DNA of 64,000 nt. It comes from a bacterium. Its GTDB lineage: Bacteria > Patescibacteriota > UBA1384 > XYA2-FULL-43-10 > JAKAMI01. The position numbers were made by a program, and so were the translations under genes. The notes under the pieces were generated by a model. The model did no database searches. It was not told where the DNA came from and saw only the letters and a program-made list of their open reading frames with translations. The number at the start of each line of letters is the position of its first letter. Within the stretch, counting starts at the first letter, position 1. Positions 46,290 to 53,909 of the stretch are shown here, one piece after another. The DNA lies in NCBI GenBank assembly GCA_021812945.1, contig JAKAMI010000002.1, positions 1,047-65,046 of the forward strand, given 5' to 3'.

Positions 46290-47315
46290 ATGGGTCTACT
46301 TGGAGGATTCATCAAAAGGATCTTTGTCTCTGTGGTCGTCTTGCTGGCGGTAGGGCTGGTCTTTAGAGTCATCTACTCGGCCATGGCCAGCGACCACCTC
46401 AATGTAAATTCGGTCAAAACTTATCCTTTCATTATCAAAGTAACTGATCCGGACGGTCAGGTTTCTTCTTTTTCGGGATCAAGTTCTGTTTCAAAACCCG
46501 AGGAGATCGCCGCAGATTTGGGCACGGTCGTTTATCCTGAAGACAAGGTAAAAATTTTCCCGAATGTGGCGATGATGATGGGGGCGACTATTGAGGTCAA
46601 GCGGGCTCCGAAAGTCTATGTCACGGACTGGGGCAAAGAGACTCTTTACCGTTCGTTTGCGCCGACGGTCGGCGATTTTTTAAATGAAAAAGCTATAGAT
46701 ATAGGCCAGGACGACAAGTCCAACTTTTCGATGAGTACTGTGATTGTCGACAGCACCAGCATTAAAATCACCCGCGTGGCGGTGACGATAGTTGCGGAAA
46801 ACAAGCCGATCGTTTTCAAAACGGTGACAAAAAACGACCCAAACCTCGATGAAGGCCTAACCCGGATCGAAAAAGCCGGAGTCAACGGCAATACCAAGCT
46901 GACTTATCAAGTTACCAGAGAAAACGGGGTGCAAGTGTCTAAAATCCTCATCAAGACCGAGAAAACGGCTGATCCCCAGGATCAGATCCAATACAAAGGT
47001 ACCAGGCCGGTAATTACGGTTCCATGCAATTATAAATCAATAGTAATTACGGCCGCTATAAATAGTGGCTACAGCGCAAATAAAATTTGTAACCTTATGA
47101 TGAATGAAAGCCAGGGTAACTACTTATCTGTCGGAGAGTATGACGGAGTTCAGTATTACGGACTATTTCAATACACGATAGGTGATGGAAATGGGGGGTC
47201 TTGGGCTGATATGAGCCAAAAAGCCGGTTATGGTGGTTCAAGATGGAGTGACCCAACGGCACAGATCATGACAACCGCATGGGCTTTGACTCACGGCTAC
47301 GCATCAAAGTGGTGA
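46290..47315 (+). CDS. G5/DUF348-domain protein with a lysozyme-like (Rpf/SLT-like) C-terminal domain
   Basis: N-terminal TM, G5-like repeat (DPNLDEG..GVNG..YQVTRENG..KGT), C-terminal MMNESQGN..GLFQY..W; upstream of rsmA like rpfB/yabE. Confidence 0.75.
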   Translation: MGLLGGFIKRIFVSVVVLLAVGLVFRVIYSAMASDHLNVNSVKTYPFIIKVTDPDGQVSSFSGSSSVSKPEEIAADLGTVVYPEDKVKIFPNVAMMMGATIEVKRAPKVYVTDWGKETLYRSFAPTVGDFLNEKAIDIGQDDKSNFSMSTVIVDSTSIKITRVAVTIVAENKPIVFKTVTKNDPNLDEGLTRIEKAGVNGNTKLTYQVTRENGVQVSKILIKTEKTADPQDQIQYKGTRPVITVPCNYKSIVITAAINSGYSANKICNLMMNESQGNYLSVGEYDGVQYYGLFQYTIGDGNGGSWADMSQKAGYGGSRWSDPTAQIMTTAWALTHGYASKW

Positions 47316-47372
47316 CGATGTTGTCATTCCCGCTTTAGGCGTGCGAATCCACTAATAAATTAGGAATCGGGT

Positions 47373-47397
47373 AGATTCCCGCCTTCGCGGGAATGAC
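47373..47397. repeat. ATTCCC-N8-GGGAAT palindrome (dRS3-like)
   Basis: agattcccgccttcgcgggaatgac; a near-identical copy at ~50735-50759. Confidence 0.75.
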
Positions 47398-48499
47398 GGA
47401 AAAAGAGGTAGGGATAATCAAAATAAAAGTTACTGAAATCAAACAATTTCTGAGCGAAAATCAGACTTGGGCCAAGAAGAGTTTTGGCCAGCATTTTTTG
47501 GTTGACGAGAATGTTTTAAGCAAAATTGTGGCCACGGCCGAATTATCAAAATCAGATCGAGTCTTGGAGATCGGTCCGGGCTTGGGGGTCTTAACCGATC
47601 AACTAATTGAACGTGCAGGTGAAGTTGTAGCTATCGAAGCAGACCGGTTCTTAGCCAGTTGTCTGGCTAAGAAATATCAAACCCTACAACACGTCATTCC
47701 AGTGAAAGCTGGAATCCAGGGATTAGAAAAAACTGGATCCCAGATCAAATCTGGGATGACAGAGAAAGATGACTTTGGACTTTCAACTTTCAACTTTCAA
47801 CTAATTGAAGGTGACGCTTTGAAAGTCATCGACAGCCTGGAATTTAAAAGGGGATTTCGATCGAAACCTTATAAAGTGATCGCCAATATTCCATATTCGA
47901 TAACATCAAAATTATTAAGGCTGCTACTGGAAGAATATCAACCAACCTCAATCACTTTTTTGGTGCAAAAAGAGGTGGCGGAGAGGGTTTGCGCCAAGCC
48001 CGGTCGGATGAGCCTTTTATCATTATCCGTCCAATACTTCGGCACCCCGAAGATCATCGCCACCGTTCCGGCCGGAGCTTTCTGGCCACAACCAAAAGTT
48101 GAGTCAGCAATTTTGCACATCAAGTTGACCACGATACACACACCTGCCTGCCGGCAGGCAGGGAAATCAATTCACAGAGAGGACACAGAAAATTTAACCC
48201 TGCCCACCTCCGAGGAGTCAGAGCCCACCTCGGAGGTGTTTACGGGCAAAAATAATGAAACAATGAAACAATCTAGCAATGAGCTATTCAAACTGGCCAG
48301 AATCGGTTTAGGTTCCAAGCGGAAAATGCTGGCGCACAATTTATCGACCGGCTTAAGTCTTCCGCGGGAAGAAATTGTTGATATAATAAAATCGGTGGGA
48401 CTTAAGGAAACAGTCAGAGCGCAGGAGCTAAGCGTTAAGGAGTGGGAAGAATTATCACGCTCCCTCGCGAATCTACAAATTTGGCAAAAATACAAATAA
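47393..48499 (+). CDS. rsmA: 16S rRNA m6,2A dimethyltransferase RsmA/KsgA with repeat insertions
   Basis: KKSFGQHFL, VLEIGPGLGVLT, VIANIPYSIT, VQKEVAER, FWPQPKVES, KRKML, RAQELS. Start codon uncertain. Confidence 0.93.
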   Translation: MTEKEVGIIKIKVTEIKQFLSENQTWAKKSFGQHFLVDENVLSKIVATAELSKSDRVLEIGPGLGVLTDQLIERAGEVVAIEADRFLASCLAKKYQTLQHVIPVKAGIQGLEKTGSQIKSGMTEKDDFGLSTFNFQLIEGDALKVIDSLEFKRGFRSKPYKVIANIPYSITSKLLRLLLEEYQPTSITFLVQKEVAERVCAKPGRMSLLSLSVQYFGTPKIIATVPAGAFWPQPKVESAILHIKLTTIHTPACRQAGKSIHREDTENLTLPTSEESEPTSEVFTGKNNETMKQSSNELFKLARIGLGSKRKMLAHNLSTGLSLPREEIVDIIKSVGLKETVRAQELSVKEWEELSRSLANLQIWQKYK

Positions 48500-48574
48500 C
48501 ACTTCGCGTTCAATTTGTATTTTCGTAAGATTTGTAGATTCGCTAAGGATATAGAGGTCGCTAAGGAGGGGATT

Positions 48575-50011
48575 GTGCAGGCAGAGAAGAATAAAATCGA
48601 CCAGAATGAGGTTGAAAAGCGTGAACCTTTTGTCGAGCGGGTGGCCGAGGCTCCGGCCAAAGTATTGGAGAAAACTGTTAAGAGCACCGAGGCGGTAATT
48701 GAGGGTACCGGAAAAGTCATCAAGAAAGTTTCCGAGCAAAAACCGATCCAAAAAGCCAAAGATTTTTGGCATATTTTGGGTCCCGGCCTGACCACCGGCG
48801 CGGCCGATGACGACCCTTCCGGCATTGCCACTTACTCGCAGACCGGCGCCAAGTATGGTTTTGGGCTTTTGTGGCTAGCGGCCTTTACTTTTCCTCTGAT
48901 GGCCGTGGTTCAGGAGATGTGCGCCCGAATCGGCCTAACCACCGGACGAGGACTGGCGGCTAACATCCGCATCCATTTTCCCCGCTGGGTGCTGATCGTC
49001 TGCACGGTTTTGCTATTTGTCGCCAATACTTTCAATCTGGGCGCCGACTTAGGCTCAATGGCCGAAGCCACCAGACTGCTGGTGCCGCAAATTGATTTTA
49101 CTTGGCTGGTTATTGGTTTCACCGTTCTCTGTCTATTTTTGCAAATATTTACCACTTACAAAAAATATGCCAAATACCTCAAATGGCTGGCGTTAGTGCT
49201 ATTTTCCTATGTTTTGGCGGCAGTTCTAATCCCGAACTTGAACTGGCATGAAATATTGCTTGCTGCAATTAAGCCCTCAATTGATTTTTCCAAGGATCAG
49301 ATGATCTTAATTTGTGGTATTTTGGGTACAACAATCTCGCCGTATTTATTTTTCTGGCAAACTTCGCAAGAGGTTGAGGAGGGGGAAGCGGTTGGAGAAA
49401 ACACCATCAAGGCTCGTCAGGACGCCGTCACCGATCATGACATTGCCGATATGCGGACCGATATTTGGAGCGGGATGTTTTTGTCCAATGCGGCCTTTTT
49501 TTTCATTGTCTTAGCCTGTGGCGCAACTTTGAATCGGGTCGGCATTACCAATATTAACACCGCAGCTCAGGCCGCCGAAGCGCTGCGACCCTTGGCGGGG
49601 GATCAATCATATCTGCTTTTCACTATCGGTATCTTGGGAGTTGGACTTTTGGGTGTGCCGATACTCGCTGGTTCAGCCGCCTATGCCATTTCCGAAGCTT
49701 TCGGTTGGACACAGGGGTTAAACAAAAAATTAAACCGGGCTTATGCTTTTTATGGGGTGATAATAATTTCAACTTTAATCGGTTTATCTCTCAATTTTAT
49801 AGGTCTTGATCCGATAAAGGCACTTATTTACGCAGCCGTTGCCAACGGGCTGGTGGCGCCGGTGATTCTGGTTTTGATTGTGCTGATATCTGGTAGCAAG
49901 AAAGTCATGGGCGAGCGGGTTAATGGTTCCTGGACAAAAACTGTCGGTTGGATCGCCACTATTTTTATGGTCGTCGCCGGCTTGGCCACCATTTATTCGT
50001 TCTTCCCATAA
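48575..50011 (+). CDS. NRAMP-family divalent metal transporter
   Basis: LGPGLTTGAADDDPSGIATYSQTGA, QEMCARIG, GTTISPYLFFWQ; GTG start after AAGGAGG. Confidence 0.9.
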   Translation: MQAEKNKIDQNEVEKREPFVERVAEAPAKVLEKTVKSTEAVIEGTGKVIKKVSEQKPIQKAKDFWHILGPGLTTGAADDDPSGIATYSQTGAKYGFGLLWLAAFTFPLMAVVQEMCARIGLTTGRGLAANIRIHFPRWVLIVCTVLLFVANTFNLGADLGSMAEATRLLVPQIDFTWLVIGFTVLCLFLQIFTTYKKYAKYLKWLALVLFSYVLAAVLIPNLNWHEILLAAIKPSIDFSKDQMILICGILGTTISPYLFFWQTSQEVEEGEAVGENTIKARQDAVTDHDIADMRTDIWSGMFLSNAAFFFIVLACGATLNRVGITNINTAAQAAEALRPLAGDQSYLLFTIGILGVGLLGVPILAGSAAYAISEAFGWTQGLNKKLNRAYAFYGVIIISTLIGLSLNFIGLDPIKALIYAAVANGLVAPVILVLIVLISGSKKVMGERVNGSWTKTVGWIATIFMVVAGLATIYSFFP

Positions 50012-50777
50012 ACCATAAACAGCCTAAAGGCTGGGCTCAAGGTTTTCGTGGGAGTCTAAGCTTTAGCTTGTTTTCAGCCTAAAGGCTGGGCTACAAAATA
50101 AAGAGCCCACGCTTCAGCGTGTTAGACAGATAGTTCTCTTTCAACCCGTAATCCGAGGCGTACGGCCTCGGACTTCGGTTCGTATGGCCAGGGCGGTGAC
50201 CCTAGACGAGTTCGGTGAGGGGTTTCCCCAGGGTGAATTCCATGAGCTCCCTCAGTCTGACGAAGTGCAGCCTGGTCGCACCGTCCTCGATGCATCGGTG
50301 ACAGGCATTCCCGGCTCCCGGAAGTCCGTGGCAAAAGAGCCGATGGGTCAAGGCACAGAAGATTTCAGTGAACGGCTCGGATGCCGAAAAGCTGCTTGTT
50401 AGTGCCGGTGCGACTGGCACATTGTCTCGAGCGAGGGCTTCGGGGTGTGTGACCCACTGCCCGCTTGCTGCGATCAGTTCCGGGGCAACAATCTTCACGA
50501 AGGGTAGAATGTCTTGCAACCACGATGAGTGGCGAGACACTGATGACGCATTGGGATGTTGCTGGTGTGTGGCTGTATTGGGCAAAGGTGATCCCTCCCG
50601 GATCGGCGATATGGGGTACTTAAGAATAATGATAAAGAGTTTAGTTGACCAATACAACCCCTATTTTTGGATGATTGCTCAAAAGCCAATTTCTGCTATA
50701 GTAAAAATAATGAAAATTGATCAATCTATAGGGTAGATTCCCGCTTTCGCGGGAATGACAACAAACGCGTAAATCGT

Positions 50778-51488
50778 ATGAAAATCGATCAACCTGTCTC
50801 GATCATTATCAAGGCGTACAACGAAGAAGCCAATCTTGGCCGGGTCTTGAAAGTTTTGGCAAAAATCGATTGGATCGATGAAGTCATCGTGGTAAACGAC
50901 GGTTCTGAAGACGGGACAGCCGAAGTTGCCAAGAGTTTTGAAAATGATAAAATCCGCCTGGTTTCAAATCCGAAAAACCTCGGCATGGGCGGAGCTATGG
51001 CGACCGGTGTCAAAAATGCCAGACACAATCTCGTTTTATTTCTCGATGCCGATCTGGTGGGACTAACCGAACGGCATCTTTTGGCGATCTTGGCGCCCAT
51101 AATATTTACGAAGGAGGCCGATCTGGTTCTGGGAGTTTTTACTCTGAAGGATTTGTCTCACGATACCGGGACCAAGATCGCCAATCGCTTTTCTCCGCTT
51201 ATCTCCGGTCAGCGGGCGGTTTGGAAGTCGTGTTTGCCGGACCTGCAGAAAATCAGCGACAGCCGTTACGGCGCCGACCTTCTGATTGCCAAGCACATCC
51301 CCAAACAACGACGCGAGGTTGTGAAGCTGGAGGGTCTGTCTCAGGTAACCAAAGAAAAAAAGGCCAACGGCGACTTAATGAAAGCCATCCAAGCCAGAAT
51401 CAAAATGTACAAAGAAGTGATTGCAGTGATGGGGGAAAATAAGTCAAAAGTCAAAAGTAAAAATTTCAATTCAAAATTTAATAATTAA
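50778..51488 (+). CDS. Glycosyltransferase family 2
   Basis: IIIKAYNEE, VVNDGSEDGT, LFLDADL, SGQRA. Confidence 0.88.
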   Translation: MKIDQPVSIIIKAYNEEANLGRVLKVLAKIDWIDEVIVVNDGSEDGTAEVAKSFENDKIRLVSNPKNLGMGGAMATGVKNARHNLVLFLDADLVGLTERHLLAILAPIIFTKEADLVLGVFTLKDLSHDTGTKIANRFSPLISGQRAVWKSCLPDLQKISDSRYGADLLIAKHIPKQRREVVKLEGLSQVTKEKKANGDLMKAIQARIKMYKEVIAVMGENKSKVKSKNFNSKFNN

Positions 51489-51527
51489 TACTTGCAATTT
51501 TGACTTTTGACTTTTGAATTATCAATT

Positions 51528-53420
51528 ATGCCCAAAGTCAACGATTACAAAAACGACATCAAGAAAGAGCTCGGCCGGCTGAAACGGATTTTACGTTCAT
51601 TTCAGATAACCGGTATTTTTCTGGCGGCTTTCGTGATTTTAATAGTTCTGGGATTTACGGCTTACAGCCTAATATTTCATAACAAAGTCTATTACGGCCT
51701 CAGAACCGGTAGCTTGACATTTGCTGGCCAAGATCAGGCTCAAGTGACCGGCCGGGTCAAAAGTGCCGCCGCCGATTTTTTGGGACAAGATATCGACTTA
51801 AACTACAACGATAAAACCTACCGGTTAAAAGCGGCCGAGATCTCTTTGGCCTACAATCCGGAATCGACTGCCCAGAATATATTTAGCTATGCCCGAGGCA
51901 ACAGCCTAAACGATTATTGGTTGCGTCTGAGAGCGATAATAGTCCATCAGACACAGCCTGCGGTTTATAGCTACGATCAGGAAGCGTTTAAGGCAAAAAT
52001 GGACAACATAGCCAAAGATCTGGACCAACCCGAAAAGGATTATACCTTGGGCATCTCCGGGGGCCAAGTAACTCTGTTAACGGCTCGGGCGCCCGGCCGC
52101 CGGCTCGATCGGGATAAACTCAAATCCGATGTTTTCAGCTGTTTTGATCAGATCAAAAACATAAATATCGCTCTGGTGGTTAGAGACAAACTGCCTCAGG
52201 TGTCGCTTGAGAGTGCGCAACAAGCGAAGAGGGCTGCGGAATCAATTTTGGCTGACGGCAGTCTGACCTTAACCTACCGGAACCAGCAATTTACACTCGA
52301 TGTCAACACCCTCGGCAGTTGGATTATTACCAAGCCCGACGGAAGCAATTTGCTGGTAGACTTCGATCGAGACAAAATAAACAGCTACCTTTTAACCATT
52401 TCACCCCTAATCAACACTCAACCGCACGACGCCAATTTAGCCGTAGTTAACGGCGTAGTGACCGTAACTCAGGCCAGCAGTGACGGCATCAGCGTCGATT
52501 ACGACGCGACCATCGGCAAGATCTTGGCCCTGCTAAGGTCTCGAATCGACGGCGTCGGGCAACCAAACGCTCAGACTTTGGCCATCAGCTACACCATCGG
52601 CAAACCGTCCATAACCCAAGAAACATTATCAAGTCTGGGACTAAAAGATCTCATTAGCTCCGGCACCACCAGTTTTACTGGATCACCGAAAAATCGTGTT
52701 TCCAATATTACCGTTGGCGCCAGGCTGATCAGCGGGGCACTAATCAAACCCGGGGATACATTTTCCGCTTTGAGCAGACTCGGGAAGATAGACGCCTCGA
52801 ACGGTTTTCTACCGGAGCTGGTTATCAAAAACAATAAAACCGTGCCTGAGTTCGGCGGCGGCTTGTGCCAAGTCTCGACTACGCTATTTCGAGCGGCTCT
52901 AAATGCCGGCCTTGACATTGTGGCGCGGCAAAATCACAGTTATCGCGTTTCCTACTACGAACCGCCGGTCGGCATGGATGCCACCATTTATGATCCGGCG
53001 CCGGACTTTAAATTTAAAAACGATACTTCGGGCTATATTTTGATTCAGGGGAAAGTCGTCGGCAACAACATTACCTTTGAATTCTATGGTACCAAGGACG
53101 ACCGTACGATCTCCATGACCGCTCCGGTTATTTCCAATATCACCCCGCCCGACCCGCCGATTATGGAAAACACCGATACGCTGCCGGCTGGAGAGACCAA
53201 GCAGACCGAGAAAGCCCACGACGGCGCGACGGCCTCGTTTGTCTATACAGTGGTGTTAAATGGCCAACAGTTACACAAAAATACTTTTGTCAGCCACTAC
53301 GTGCCCTGGCAAGCTCACATTCTTGTCGGCACCGGCGCTGTACCGGTCGATCCGAACGCCCAACCGGCCCCGCCCTCGCCCGACACCGGACAACCGGCAC
53401 CGGCACCGACGACGCCATAA
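51528..53420 (+). CDS. VanW-family protein with peptidoglycan-binding repeats
   Basis: N-terminal TM; NRVSNI, IKPGDTFS, GGGLCQVSTTLFRAAL, RQNHSYRVSYY, GMDATIY, DFKFKNDT. Confidence 0.88.
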   Translation: MPKVNDYKNDIKKELGRLKRILRSFQITGIFLAAFVILIVLGFTAYSLIFHNKVYYGLRTGSLTFAGQDQAQVTGRVKSAAADFLGQDIDLNYNDKTYRLKAAEISLAYNPESTAQNIFSYARGNSLNDYWLRLRAIIVHQTQPAVYSYDQEAFKAKMDNIAKDLDQPEKDYTLGISGGQVTLLTARAPGRRLDRDKLKSDVFSCFDQIKNINIALVVRDKLPQVSLESAQQAKRAAESILADGSLTLTYRNQQFTLDVNTLGSWIITKPDGSNLLVDFDRDKINSYLLTISPLINTQPHDANLAVVNGVVTVTQASSDGISVDYDATIGKILALLRSRIDGVGQPNAQTLAISYTIGKPSITQETLSSLGLKDLISSGTTSFTGSPKNRVSNITVGARLISGALIKPGDTFSALSRLGKIDASNGFLPELVIKNNKTVPEFGGGLCQVSTTLFRAALNAGLDIVARQNHSYRVSYYEPPVGMDATIYDPAPDFKFKNDTSGYILIQGKVVGNNITFEFYGTKDDRTISMTAPVISNITPPDPPIMENTDTLPAGETKQTEKAHDGATASFVYTVVLNGQQLHKNTFVSHYVPWQAHILVGTGAVPVDPNAQPAPPSPDTGQPAPAPTTP

Positions 53421-53441
53421 TTTGACGGCAGGTCGCGACAT

Positions 53442-53472
53442 TTGACAAGGTTTGGACGGGTTGTGATATAAT
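53442..53472 (+). promoter_or_regulatory. Extended -10 promoter for a leaderless mRNA
   Basis: TTGACA at 53442, TG-a-TATAAT at 53464-72, ATG 8 nt downstream. Confidence 0.6.
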
Positions 53473-53480
53473 TTGGGTCC

Positions 53481-53837
53481 ATGAAAAAGACTGAATTTGA
53501 ACAAATTCTTGAGGTGATATCGGATTTCCGCCAAATGGTCGCGGAAAAGTTTGAGGAACAAGATGCTAGATTTGAGAAAATTGATGCTAGATTCGAGAAA
53601 ATTGATGCTAGATTCGAGAAAATCGATTCTAGATTTGAAGACATTAACGACAGGTTCGACCAACAAGATGCCAAGATCAACAAGCTTTCTAAAGATATGA
53701 ATTGGGTCAAAGACATTCTGGATAGTCATACAGGCATGTTAAGGAGACTTGACGATGAACGACTGGCCGGTGTTTACCGAACGGATAGAATCGAAAAGCA
53801 AGTCGCTGATATGAAAAAACAGCTAAAACTGGCCTAG
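53481..53837 (+). CDS. Coiled-coil hypothetical protein with heptad (21-bp) tandem repeats
   Basis: (DARFEKI)n encoded by gatgctagattygagaaaatt repeats. Confidence 0.75.
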   Translation: MKKTEFEQILEVISDFRQMVAEKFEEQDARFEKIDARFEKIDARFEKIDSRFEDINDRFDQQDAKINKLSKDMNWVKDILDSHTGMLRRLDDERLAGVYRTDRIEKQVADMKKQLKLA

Positions 53838-53909
53838 TTGTTGCTGTGTTTGGTGATTTCCGCTTAGACAGCGGTTTTTTGTTTGGGTGATATTTGCTAT
53901 CATTTAGCC

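Noticed and set aside
50122-50736. Overlapping ORFs between NRAMP and GT2
   Set aside because: No frame has a clear start signal or recognisable motif; possibly a decayed foreign gene, but not supportable.
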